DNA of 32,000 nt from Candidatus Heimdallarchaeota archaeon B3_Heim (GTDB lineage: Archaea; Asgardarchaeota; Heimdallarchaeia; Hodarchaeales; Hodarchaeaceae), in the NCBI GenBank assembly GCA_003144275.1, contig NJBF01000006.1, forward strand, positions 77,677 to 109,676, in the 5' to 3' direction. Position 1 is the first letter of the stretch. Every line of letters starts with the position of its first letter. A model generated the notes under the pieces. That model was not told the DNA's origin, ran no database searches, and was given only the letters and a program-made list of their open reading frames with translations. A program made the translations under genes and the position numbers. Shown piece by piece: positions 14,788 to 24,521 of this stretch.

Positions 14788-16227
14788 GTGAAAATTCTTC
14801 TTGTAGTACCTCCCACAATTCTGGAGAAGACTATTTCAAAATATAAACTTGCATTCCTTAATTTTACCGCTCCACCTCTGGGTTTAGGTTATATAGCAGC
14901 AGTTTTAGAAAAACATGGCTACTCCAATATAAATATCCTTGATTCTCAAGCGTTAGCATTATCTCCGAATGATTACCGTAGATATTTAAAACGCTATAGA
15001 CCCGATTTTGTTGGCATTCAAACTCTTACACCAAATTTTGCAGATGCATTAGCGGCAGCAAAAATCGCTAAGGAACAAAATGTTCCAATTGTAGCTCTAG
15101 GGGGTTATCATCCTACTGCTATGCCTGATGAGAGTCTTCTTCTTGGGAAAGGCAATGTTGATCTTATTTTTAGGGGTGAAGCAGAATATTCAATCTTAGA
15201 ATTTATCCAAAAGTACGAAAAAGGTCAGGATTGGACAAATATAAAAGGAATTTCATTTTTAAAGGAAATACCCCAGCATAATCCTCCCGCTCCACTAATT
15301 CAAGATTTAGATACGTTACCTTTGCCTTCTCGCCATTTACTCCCAATGGATCGGTATAAAATCTTTGGATCTGCTTTCCCAGCAACTTCGGTTATCACTA
15401 GCCGTGGATGTCCTTTTTCATGCGATTTTTGTAGTGTATCGGCTTTTTACGGTGCAAAGTGGCGACCAAGGTCACCGGAAAAAATAGCCGAGGAAGTTCG
15501 ATTTTTAAGAGAAGTAATGGATATAAAAGCCACAGCTTTTGTTGACGACTTATTCTTCATCTCTAATAAAAGAGTCAAGATTCTTTCCAGTGCTCTTTCA
15601 AGAATTAAAGATATTTACTGGGGAGCTACAACCCGTGCTGACAAAGGAGATCTTGAATTATTAACTTTGATGCGCAGAGCAGGCTGTCGTCTGGTGTTCG
15701 TAGGAGTAGAATCTGGAAATCAAATGATATTAGATCAAATCCATAAAAAAACGACATTAACCCAAATTGAAAGATACTTCGACAATATTAAAAAATCTCG
15801 TATGGATTCTCTCGCCTCTGTTTCGTTTGGTTTCCCTGGGGAAACAAAAAAGACCATTGAGTCAACTGTTGATTGGGTAATAAATCGTCTTGACCCTTCA
15901 CTTGCATTATTTACTCTAGCTACACCTTATCCTGGAACAGAATTTTATGAGAAGATGCTCGCAGAAGGAAGAATTAAAGAGCATGATTATTCTAAATACA
16001 ATCTCTTTTATCCAATCACAGAACTATCAGGATTGACTAGAGATGAGATGAAGACATTAACCAAAATGGCATATAAACGCTTTTATATGCGCCCACGCAA
16101 AATTTTTCAAAATACAATGCGAGAATTGCGTTATTCTATGGAAAGTTATGGTTTTGGACAATTTTTATATAATAGTAAAGTTTTTGCAAAAGGAATCATC
16201 AATATGAAGATTCTTACCTCAATGTAA
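14788..16227 (+). CDS. B12-binding domain radical SAM protein (class B / BchE-like superfamily)
   Basis: N-terminal PPLGLGYIAAVL, VALGGYHPT and RGEAE cobalamin-binding-type motifs; TSRGCPFSCDFC (CxxxCxxC), FVDD, GVESG, TPYPGT. Confidence 0.92.
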   Translation: MKILLVVPPTILEKTISKYKLAFLNFTAPPLGLGYIAAVLEKHGYSNINILDSQALALSPNDYRRYLKRYRPDFVGIQTLTPNFADALAAAKIAKEQNVPIVALGGYHPTAMPDESLLLGKGNVDLIFRGEAEYSILEFIQKYEKGQDWTNIKGISFLKEIPQHNPPAPLIQDLDTLPLPSRHLLPMDRYKIFGSAFPATSVITSRGCPFSCDFCSVSAFYGAKWRPRSPEKIAEEVRFLREVMDIKATAFVDDLFFISNKRVKILSSALSRIKDIYWGATTRADKGDLELLTLMRRAGCRLVFVGVESGNQMILDQIHKKTTLTQIERYFDNIKKSRMDSLASVSFGFPGETKKTIESTVDWVINRLDPSLALFTLATPYPGTEFYEKMLAEGRIKEHDYSKYNLFYPITELSGLTRDEMKTLTKMAYKRFYMRPRKIFQNTMRELRYSMESYGFGQFLYNSKVFAKGIINMKILTSM

Positions 16228-16232
16228 CATAA

Positions 16233-16478
16233 TTAAACAAAATTTCTTCCTTTTGAAGTCAGAACAAAGGAATTTGGTCTCGATTCAATCTCCTTAATCA
16301 AACCTCTCTTCTCCAATTGATGAACAGCCTTCTCAAAATTAGAGTCTTCCAAAGTCTTGCCTGTTACTTTATTCATTTCTTGAAGTTGGCCCTTGACAAG
16401 CAATATATGAATATCTCGCTGTTGCGAAATGATTTCTAAAATAGATAAAGATAAATTAGTCAGTTCACTATCATTCAC
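16233..16478 (-). CDS. Small winged-helix-like protein
   Basis: 81 aa ending in QLEKRGLI...FVLTSKGR, a typical wHTH wing; GTG start. Confidence 0.6.
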   Translation of the reverse strand: MNDSELTNLSLSILEIISQQRDIHILLVKGQLQEMNKVTGKTLEDSNFEKAVHQLEKRGLIKEIESRPNSFVLTSKGRNFV

Positions 16479-16698
16479 TTAATTTCATCTCAGATTTGGA
16501 TTATAATCGCTTTATCAGCCTTTCAAATTGAGACATTCGTCTCTCGAATACTGATTTTTCTTATTATTCGTGCAAATTTTCGGTTTAATATAAAAAACAA
16601 TAAAAGGTTATAAGGAAATATTCATACGACCTTCTCAATAATTCAAAATAGATTACACGAACCAAGAAATTCAAGCTTCAAATTCGAGGTGATTCAAG

Positions 16699-17286
16699 TT
16701 GGAGGATATTAAAGCATTAATTACCAAAGCAAAGGCCCTAAAACAAAGTAAACAAGTTGCGGAAGCAATTAATATTCTTAATCAGGCACATGAGATTGGA
16801 ATTACAAATAATGAAGTTGAAAATCTTGTAGATATCCATAATCAGTTAATGTTACTTCATTATCAAAATGATGATTCTGAATCCTTTCAAAAATCCTTTA
16901 AATTTGCACGTACTTTAGCAGCTAGAATTAATTATAACAAAGGTCTTGTAGAAAGCTATATGAATAAGGCTTGGATCGAAACCGATAACAAAAACTTTAT
17001 TGAGGCTATAACACACGCATCTCAAGCTTTAGCAATTGATGAAATTTTAGAAAGTGCAACAGCTTTTACTACAGCCTTGTACATTATTTCTGAAGCAAAT
17101 TACAGTGTAGGAGACAACGTAAAGGGGGATAAATACAAACAACTCTACCAAGATAAATTAATGAAATTGACGGAGAGCGAGGAACAGGTACTTAAAAGCA
17201 TTGAAGGATTATCTGTGGGGATAGCTAAAGAAGAAGATTTAGACTCACGCGTTAAACAGGCTTTACAAGAGCTAGATTCTTTCTAA
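16699..17286 (+). CDS. Tetratricopeptide-repeat-like helical protein
   Basis: Helical pattern such as EAINILNQA and EAITHASQALAI; GAGGTGA RBS before the TTG start. Confidence 0.65.
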   Translation: MEDIKALITKAKALKQSKQVAEAINILNQAHEIGITNNEVENLVDIHNQLMLLHYQNDDSESFQKSFKFARTLAARINYNKGLVESYMNKAWIETDNKNFIEAITHASQALAIDEILESATAFTTALYIISEANYSVGDNVKGDKYKQLYQDKLMKLTESEEQVLKSIEGLSVGIAKEEDLDSRVKQALQELDSF

Positions 17287-17367
17287 GCTCTACATTTCTT
17301 CCACATTGTTCATATTCGCGTTACTAAGTTTCATTGCCTTGGAATTTATTCCCTATGAGGTATATTT

Positions 17368-18549
17368 GTGGTCTCTAACTATTCTTTGGTTCCAAAAAAA
17401 GAAATTGAAAAAAGACATGGTCAATTAAGGAAAAAACTCTCCAAATTAGACGTATCTGGTGTTCTCTTATTCTCAACTGTTGAAATATTTTATTACTCAG
17501 GAATAGGATTGGAGGGTGCTCTATATATCCCGCAAGAAGGCGAACCAATTCATTTAGTAAAACGAAATATTGAATTAGCAACTGAATTTTCTTCTATTTC
17601 TAATATTATTTACTTTGGAAGATTATCTCAAATCTTTGATACCTTAAAAATTAATGCCAGGAGTAAAATAGGGGTTGAATTAGATATTCTTCCTTATTCT
17701 CATGTAGAATTCCTTAAGACACTAAAAAAAGAAATCACCCTTGTTAATGTAAATCAATTCCTCAGAAAACAACGTGCAGTAAAGACGAACTATGAAATTT
17801 CTCAGATAAAAATGGCAGCTAAACTAGTTGATCAATCTTTTGAGTACTGTCTGGAAATTGCTACACCTGAAATGACTGAAATTGAGTTAGCGGCGAAATT
17901 AGATAAATGGCTACTCAATAATGGTCACCGAGGTTATATAACTACGCGAGCATTTAATTCGGCATTATTAAATTTTTCATATGTAATTAGCAAGTCGTCT
18001 TCAATTCTTAATATTCATTTCACACCTATTTCTGGTTGGGGTTTATCATTAAAATATCCTTATGGACCATCAACTCAAAAAATTGGAAAAGATCCCTTTT
18101 TTGTAGATACATGTGGTAATTATAATGGATACATATCTGATACAACACGAACATTTGTTCACGGTAAATTTGATCCTGAAACCAGGTATCAACTTGAAGC
18201 ACTACAACACGTGAAGCAATTACTATTGAAGGAATTAAAACCAGGTATTAATCTTGGGGAAGTTTATACAAGGGCAATGAATTTAGCTAATGAATTAGGC
18301 ATTAGTAATAATTTCATGGGAGAAGCTAACGACAAGGTTCAATTCTTAGGTCATGGTGTAGGATTGGAATTAGATGAGCTACCAATTCTCTATGCTAAGG
18401 GAGGCCAGACAGAATCGGGAAACATTCTTGCATGTGAACCTAAATTCATCGAAAAAGGACGAAAAGTATTGGGCATTGAAGATACTTATGCGATCACCGA
18501 ATCAGGAACTCACTTACTGTCACAATCACCAGACTATTTTGAAATTTAA
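17368..18549 (+). CDS. M24 family (Xaa-Pro peptidase-like) metallopeptidase
   Basis: Creatinase-like N-domain; metal ligands in VDTC, SDTTRT, GHGVGLE, CEP and GIED. Confidence 0.9.
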   Translation: MVSNYSLVPKKEIEKRHGQLRKKLSKLDVSGVLLFSTVEIFYYSGIGLEGALYIPQEGEPIHLVKRNIELATEFSSISNIIYFGRLSQIFDTLKINARSKIGVELDILPYSHVEFLKTLKKEITLVNVNQFLRKQRAVKTNYEISQIKMAAKLVDQSFEYCLEIATPEMTEIELAAKLDKWLLNNGHRGYITTRAFNSALLNFSYVISKSSSILNIHFTPISGWGLSLKYPYGPSTQKIGKDPFFVDTCGNYNGYISDTTRTFVHGKFDPETRYQLEALQHVKQLLLKELKPGINLGEVYTRAMNLANELGISNNFMGEANDKVQFLGHGVGLELDELPILYAKGGQTESGNILACEPKFIEKGRKVLGIEDTYAITESGTHLLSQSPDYFEI

Positions 18550-18567
18550 TTTTATGAGGTATTCTTA

Positions 18568-19845
18568 ATGGAAAATTCCCGAAATTCCTTTAAATCATTT
18601 TTTTTTGATTTATACTTAAATCCAACCTTATTATTGATTGCTTTTTATCAAATAATTGCAACAGGAGCTTTTACAGCCCAACAAATATTATTAGCAGCTT
18701 ATTTGGATGATTTAGGTTACTTAGAAGCCCTCAGTCTAGTAAGTGGGTTAATTCTCGCAATATATTTTGTCTTCTGGTTTATCTTAGGACCTATAAGTGG
18801 TTCACTGAGTGATTTGCATGGTCGGAAATTTTTGATCATTTCCGCTAATATTGTCAGCGGCTTTGGATTCATTGGATTAGTTCTTTTCCAACATCCATTA
18901 TTGTTGTTTATGGTTAATGGAATATTAGGGATAGGTGCAGCATTACGTATTGGATCTGTTATTGCCCTATGGATTCAACATAGTCCAAAGGATCGTATTG
19001 GTGAATCTATGGCTTACATAAATATCATTTTAGGAATTGGAGGAATTGGTGCGACAATTATTGGCTTTATTCTTTGGTCAGAGATCAAAGAAGTTTCATT
19101 TTTTGTTTTCGGTATTCTACTGCTATTTTCAGCTATATTAATCCTTCCTATATCCGATGAGGGTGACTATATTCCTTTTTCATTTGGCGGAACTCGTGAT
19201 ATGGTAAGATCCAAGCTCTCAACAAAAATCTCAGATAACTTCTTTTTAACTCCTCCAATTATTAAACTAGGCATCCATTGGTTAGCACTATCTGCCATCG
19301 TCTCATTTGGAACCTTCTTAATTCCGATTATTGATAGAATTATTGAGGAATTACCCCCAGATGTAGTTCTCCCTTTGGTTCCCCTATTTACCGTTGGTGT
19401 GGCAATGATGATAGCTGCTTTTACAGGATTAATATTTTGGGGAAGAATATCAGACAAGTGGGCTAGACGTCCAGTCTTGATTATAGGGTTTACTAGCACA
19501 GCTATATTAATGGTGACAATTTTTTTGATCTTTCAATTTAACCAAATTCCAATGATCATAGAAGGACTCAACACTGCAGATACTCTTGTCATAATTCTTG
19601 TTTTGATAATAGTAGCCCTCTTTTTCACAATGACTTCTCTCATACCTACTCCTATGGCTTGGATTGTAGATATTATGGGGAAGGAAAATCTGGGAAAGGC
19701 GATGTCACTGCGTCAAGCACTCATTGCTATCGGAACAATATTCGGTACCTTTATAGGTGGATTTGTTATAGGAACATTTGGTATTAGTGGCTTGATTTTG
19801 GTTATATTGATTTGCCTAATAATCTCTGCTATAATAATCGTGTGA
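18568..19845 (+). CDS. Major facilitator superfamily transporter
   Basis: About 12 TM; GSLSDLHGRK and GRISDKWARR motif A copies. Confidence 0.9.
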   Translation: MENSRNSFKSFFFDLYLNPTLLLIAFYQIIATGAFTAQQILLAAYLDDLGYLEALSLVSGLILAIYFVFWFILGPISGSLSDLHGRKFLIISANIVSGFGFIGLVLFQHPLLLFMVNGILGIGAALRIGSVIALWIQHSPKDRIGESMAYINIILGIGGIGATIIGFILWSEIKEVSFFVFGILLLFSAILILPISDEGDYIPFSFGGTRDMVRSKLSTKISDNFFLTPPIIKLGIHWLALSAIVSFGTFLIPIIDRIIEELPPDVVLPLVPLFTVGVAMMIAAFTGLIFWGRISDKWARRPVLIIGFTSTAILMVTIFLIFQFNQIPMIIEGLNTADTLVIILVLIIVALFFTMTSLIPTPMAWIVDIMGKENLGKAMSLRQALIAIGTIFGTFIGGFVIGTFGISGLILVILICLIISAIIIV

Positions 19846-19912
19846 GAATTTGTCAAAAATGAATTTGATCTAGTGAAAAATCATTAATATTGCATCATTT
19901 TCCACTTTTCTT

Positions 19913-21298
19913 ATGGGTCAATGGTTTGGTAGCTCAGGTGTTAGAGGCACCTATGCTGAAATATCCCCAAATTTTGGATTTAAATTAGGTATGGCCGTTG
20001 GAGAAACTTTTAAACTTAATAAACCAGTATTAATTGCCTCTGATATAAGAGCAACTGGAGATATTCTTAAATTTTGTTTCATGAGTGGTTTTTCAAGCGT
20101 TTCTGGTAATATTATTGACATTGGCTTGAATCCAACTCCAGTACTGTCTTATATATCAGATATTCAGGATACTTTAGGAATAATGATTACGGCTTCACAT
20201 AATCCACCTGGAAATAATGGTTTCAAACTTTTCTGGAAGGGAGGGGAATGTAAGGAAGCGGTTGAGGGAAAAATTGAAGAGAGAATACGTTCATCGACTT
20301 TTCCAAGTATTAATTATGTCTATAATCAATCAGAATGGAATTCGGTAGGTACTGGCTCATTTACAAACCCAAAACCTATTATTGATGATTATATTGCCCT
20401 ATTGATACAGAAACTCAAAATTCCAAATACAAATCTCAAATTAGTTATCGATTGCGCGAATAATGTCCCCAATCTTGTAACTCCTCTAGTCTTGAAAAAA
20501 TTAGGTTTTATGACAGTTACTGAGATTAATAGCCATCTAGACGCTTCATTTCCAGGACGACCAAGCGAACCTACAGCCGAAAATTTACAAAGGTTAATTT
20601 CTAGAGTTAAGGAAGAAAATGCTGAAGTTGGAATAGCCCATGATGGGGATGGGGATAGATTTGCCATCATTGATGAAAAAGGAAGTCTAATTAAAGCGAC
20701 AACTCTCATTAACTTCTTTCTAGATCATTTGGATTATTCAAATACGGACAAGGGAATAGTCTATCTTACGAGTGACTGTACTAGTGAAGCAGCAAGTATA
20801 GCAAAGCAACATGGAGCTATAGTTAAAACTAGTCGCATAGGACGAAATAGAGAGCATGTGAATGAGCCAGGAGTCATATTTCTAGCTGAACCAAATAAAC
20901 TAGTCTTTCCAGAGCTTGGTAACTGGATTGATGGCTTATTCCCAGTCCTAAAACTTATCGAAATTGTGAGAAAACAAAAATTGTCTGTTGTTATGCAAAG
21001 ATATGAACAAAGAAAAACACTGAGGAAGGCGTTCATATATAGTCAAAGTGATATGCAATACATTCACGACCATATACAAAATCTACCCTCTTTGTGGTCC
21101 CAACAGATTGAGAGAGTCATAAAACTTGATGGATTGAAACTGTATTTTAAAAATAAGTCGAGTGTTCTAATTAGGTTCTCAGGAACAGAACCTAAAGTGA
21201 AATTTTACTTAGAATCAGAATCTGACTCAATGAATAATAATTTACTTTCTAAACTAATATCAGAATTTAATTTACAGGGAGAACATTTGGATTGTTAA
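19913..21298 (+). CDS. Alpha-D-phosphohexomutase superfamily enzyme, probably archaeal phosphopentomutase-type
   Basis: FGSSGVRG, ITASHNP (phospho-Ser), DGDGDR (metal), RFSGTEPK; the sugar loop reads FLAEPNK instead of GEES/GEEN. Confidence 0.85.
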   Translation: MGQWFGSSGVRGTYAEISPNFGFKLGMAVGETFKLNKPVLIASDIRATGDILKFCFMSGFSSVSGNIIDIGLNPTPVLSYISDIQDTLGIMITASHNPPGNNGFKLFWKGGECKEAVEGKIEERIRSSTFPSINYVYNQSEWNSVGTGSFTNPKPIIDDYIALLIQKLKIPNTNLKLVIDCANNVPNLVTPLVLKKLGFMTVTEINSHLDASFPGRPSEPTAENLQRLISRVKEENAEVGIAHDGDGDRFAIIDEKGSLIKATTLINFFLDHLDYSNTDKGIVYLTSDCTSEAASIAKQHGAIVKTSRIGRNREHVNEPGVIFLAEPNKLVFPELGNWIDGLFPVLKLIEIVRKQKLSVVMQRYEQRKTLRKAFIYSQSDMQYIHDHIQNLPSLWSQQIERVIKLDGLKLYFKNKSSVLIRFSGTEPKVKFYLESESDSMNNNLLSKLISEFNLQGEHLDC

Positions 21299-21321
21299 CA
21301 TAGGATCTAATAACTGCTGAT

Positions 21322-22197
21322 GTGAAAGCGTTGAATAAAAAAGCTACAGGTGACATCAAAGGAGTGGACATAGTTTCAGATGAGGAGGGAAGACAATATC
21401 ACATAGGATTGGCCAAAGGAGACTTAACTGAAAACATAATATTGGTTGGGGATCCCGCAAGACCAAACTTAGTGAAACATCTGTTTTCAGAAATATATTT
21501 TGAAACACAAGTTCGAGAATTTCTTACTATTACTGGTCGGATTGGAGAGACAGATATCTCAATTATGAGTACTGGTATTGGTCCAAGTAACATTGAAATC
21601 TGCATGGTTGAAATCATGCAAATTTGTAAATCACCAACAATAATTCGTGCTGGGAGTTGTGGGGGTTTGCAATTATATCTCAACATTGGAGATTTAGTCA
21701 TATCTACTGGATCAGTTCGTTTTGAGGACACCAGTTTGTATTTTATTCCTGAAGGTTACCCTGCAATTGCTGATTGGGAAGTCATATTGGCTTTAGGTGA
21801 AGCTGCAAGAAAAAAAAATTATTCTTATCACATAGGTCTCTCAGCGTCTGGATCAGGATTTTATGGAGCTCAAGGAAGGGATATTCCAGGATTACCTGTA
21901 AAAAATCCCAATGCTATTAACTATTTAACACAAGTGAACGTATTAAACTTCGAGATGGAGGCTTCGACGCTATTTAATTTAGCACAAATTTCTGGTTTGA
22001 GATCAGGTATGGTAAGTACGGTTTTTGCTAATCGTGTCACAAATGAATTTATTACTAATGAGTTCAAACATGATGCTGAGATTAATTGCGTGAAGACTGC
22101 TATTGATGCGATAACAATCCTTGAACAAATGGATCAAGAGAAAACAAAACATAAGTCAAGATATTGGTCTCCTAAGATGAAGATACCTAATAAGTAA
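21322..22197 (+). CDS. udp: Uridine phosphorylase
   Basis: QYHI, VGDPAR, REF, STGIG, RAGSCGGL, FYGAQGR, NFEMEAS. Confidence 0.88.
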   Translation: MKALNKKATGDIKGVDIVSDEEGRQYHIGLAKGDLTENIILVGDPARPNLVKHLFSEIYFETQVREFLTITGRIGETDISIMSTGIGPSNIEICMVEIMQICKSPTIIRAGSCGGLQLYLNIGDLVISTGSVRFEDTSLYFIPEGYPAIADWEVILALGEAARKKNYSYHIGLSASGSGFYGAQGRDIPGLPVKNPNAINYLTQVNVLNFEMEASTLFNLAQISGLRSGMVSTVFANRVTNEFITNEFKHDAEINCVKTAIDAITILEQMDQEKTKHKSRYWSPKMKIPNK

Positions 22198-22216
22198 GGA
22201 TCTAGTGTAATTTAAG

Positions 22217-23179
22217 ATGAAAAATCGTCGCGTTTTTTGTTTAGGACATATTTCAGTTGATATTTTTATACACAGAAAAGATTTAGCTGCGCTGAAAATC
22301 GGGGGATGTATCTCGTCACCGAATTTATCACTACAAGGAGGAGGAGTAGCTGCCAATGTTTCGTATTGGCTTGGAGTACTAGGTACCGATGTTTCAATGA
22401 TAGGAGTGATAGCTGATGATCCTGCAGGATATTTTTTACGTAAGGATTTAGAAAGAGTAAATGTTAAATGTTATTTGAAAAGTTCAACAATAAATCCTTC
22501 AGCTAGTATTCTGATTATGGTGGAAGACGGTGGAGAAAGGTCTTTTATAATAAATGGTAAATGTTTAGATGAAATAGTAATGGAAGATGTTCCAATAGGA
22601 GAAATCCAAGGTGGAAATCTTTTTTATACTTCTGCATATAATATAGAGAATTCACCAATAAAAAATACTGTTATAGATGTTCTGAAAATGTCCAAAGCAG
22701 AAGGTCAATCTTCTTTTGAAGTATTATTCAACTTAGCAGCTTATACCACTGTGGAAAGCCATAAAGATATGCTTAAAGAGGATATTCTACCTTACGTAGA
22801 TATTCTCATTGGGAATCTTGAAGAATATGAAGCTCTACTCCACCTGACTAGGGACCAAATCACTGCGAGTCAGCTCTTAGAAATGATTTCAACAAAATTT
22901 CCAACCATAAAAATACTTCTCCTTACCGATGGCGAAAACGGTTGTTATTATTATTCTCTTGAGGATAGAGGACATATTCCTGCTGAACGTGTGTCTGTCA
23001 TTGATACCACAGGAGCTGGAGATGGATTTTGTGCTGGGTTTATTAATGGGTACATTAATGGTCTCTCATTGCATGATGCTATTAAATCAGGTACTTCTTT
23101 AGGTGGGCATATCTGTCAAGGATTCGGAGCAAGATATAACTCAACTGACTATATTGCTTTTAGGAATAATATTCAATGA
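22217..23179 (+). CDS. PfkB/ribokinase family carbohydrate or nucleoside kinase
   Basis: GGGVAANV N-terminal signature and DTTGAGDGF C-terminal signature. Confidence 0.92.
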   Translation: MKNRRVFCLGHISVDIFIHRKDLAALKIGGCISSPNLSLQGGGVAANVSYWLGVLGTDVSMIGVIADDPAGYFLRKDLERVNVKCYLKSSTINPSASILIMVEDGGERSFIINGKCLDEIVMEDVPIGEIQGGNLFYTSAYNIENSPIKNTVIDVLKMSKAEGQSSFEVLFNLAAYTTVESHKDMLKEDILPYVDILIGNLEEYEALLHLTRDQITASQLLEMISTKFPTIKILLLTDGENGCYYYSLEDRGHIPAERVSVIDTTGAGDGFCAGFINGYINGLSLHDAIKSGTSLGGHICQGFGARYNSTDYIAFRNNIQ

Positions 23180-23461
23180 TTTTATATTGGAAAATCATTT
23201 TAATGATTATAACCAAGCAAGTATGAAATCTCAAGATAGAACTCGCAATATAATAATAAAATTAGCTAGAATCCAAGTTCATAACATCGGGGGAGAATTC
23301 CAATTCATAAGAACTATTAAAAATTCAGATAGTCAACTGGTATACAGATTTTCTTCGGAACAACACAGGAAGAAAATTCAAGTTATCAGTCTCTCGTTTT
23401 TGTAATCTCATTTCTTACAAAAATGATTAGAGTAGATATAGAGATATTTAGAGGTTTTATT

Positions 23462-24496
23462 ATGGGTAAAATTAGACCAGTCGGATTAACATTTATTGTG
23501 TTAATTTCGATTATAGCACTCTCAGGTTGTACCGAGTCAGCAGCTGAGTTTGAATTTGCCATCATTTTCGCCACAGGTGGACTTGGTGACAAATCATTCA
23601 ATGATGCCGGATATCGTGGACTTGAACAAGCTGAAGAAGAATATGGTTCACAAATCAACATCGATTATGTTGAACCAGAAACAATTCCCGAATTTGCTAC
23701 GTTCCAAAATGACTTAGCAAGCGAAGGAAAGTACGATTTGATTATTTGTATCGGATTCCTGCAAACAACGGCCTTAAATGACACTTGGAAGGATTATCCA
23801 AACCAGAAATTCGTATTGATTGATGATGTGCTCACTCATGAGAATATAAGCTCCATCACATTCAAAGAACATGAAGGATCTTTCTTAGTTGGTGCCATGG
23901 CTGCTATGACAACCAATACCTCCAAGCTTGGTTTCTTAGGTGGATTAGACATCTATTTGATTAATAAATTCCTTGCGGGATATCAACAAGGTGCAGCATA
24001 CATCGATCCACTTATCAATGTAACTTCAGTTTACTCACCAAATCCCACAAATCCATGGGGTGATGCAGCTGGTGGAAAACAAGTTGCTGAAACCCTTTAC
24101 AGTCAAGGAATTGACGTTGTATACGCAGCTGCAGGTGGAACAGGTGTTGGTGTATTCCAAGCTGCTGATGAAGGTACAAATGTTATGGCCATTGGTGTAG
24201 ATAGCGACCAAGATTACTTATATCCAGGTAAAATTCTGTGTTCTATGCTGAAAAAGGTAGAAACAGCTGTTTTCAGTTCTGTTCAAGGAATTGTTGATGG
24301 CACTTGGAGTGGTGGTCATACTGAATTGGGTATTGCCCAAGATGGTGTTGGAATATCAGACATGTTGTATACTCAAACAACAGCAACTGGTGACTTCGTA
24401 TTCGGCGGTACTACCAAAACACGTTGGGAATGGATTCTCGATATCAAAGCAAAAATCGTCGCTGGCACAATCATTGTTGACGATGAACCAACCTAA
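23462..24496 (+). CDS. BMP family ABC substrate-binding lipoprotein (nucleoside/purine-binding, PnrA-like)
   Basis: GGLGDKSFND, FKEHEGSFLVG, IGVDSDQ, SMLKKVE. Start moved from 23423 to the ATG at 23462 because of the GAGGT RBS and a signal peptide ending in the lipobox LSGC. Confidence 0.92.
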   Translation: MGKIRPVGLTFIVLISIIALSGCTESAAEFEFAIIFATGGLGDKSFNDAGYRGLEQAEEEYGSQINIDYVEPETIPEFATFQNDLASEGKYDLIICIGFLQTTALNDTWKDYPNQKFVLIDDVLTHENISSITFKEHEGSFLVGAMAAMTTNTSKLGFLGGLDIYLINKFLAGYQQGAAYIDPLINVTSVYSPNPTNPWGDAAGGKQVAETLYSQGIDVVYAAAGGTGVGVFQAADEGTNVMAIGVDSDQDYLYPGKILCSMLKKVETAVFSSVQGIVDGTWSGGHTELGIAQDGVGISDMLYTQTTATGDFVFGGTTKTRWEWILDIKAKIVAGTIIVDDEPT

Positions 24497-24505
24497 ACCC
24501 CAACC

Positions 24506-24521
24506 TTTTTCTTTTTTTTTT
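24506..24521 (+). terminator. Oligo-T tract, candidate archaeal terminator after the binding-protein gene
   Basis: TTTTTCTTTTTTTTTT beginning 10 nt after the stop, followed by further T-runs. Confidence 0.55.

Noticed and set aside
23103-23405. 100-aa ORF (or 60 aa from the ATG at 23223) between the kinase and BMP genes
   Set aside because: It overlaps the kinase 3' end, has no RBS or recognisable motif, and occupies the likely promoter region. A microprotein cannot be fully excluded.
23423-23461. Longer BMP start given by the ORF track
   Set aside because: The RBS and signal-peptide structure fit the ATG at 23462.
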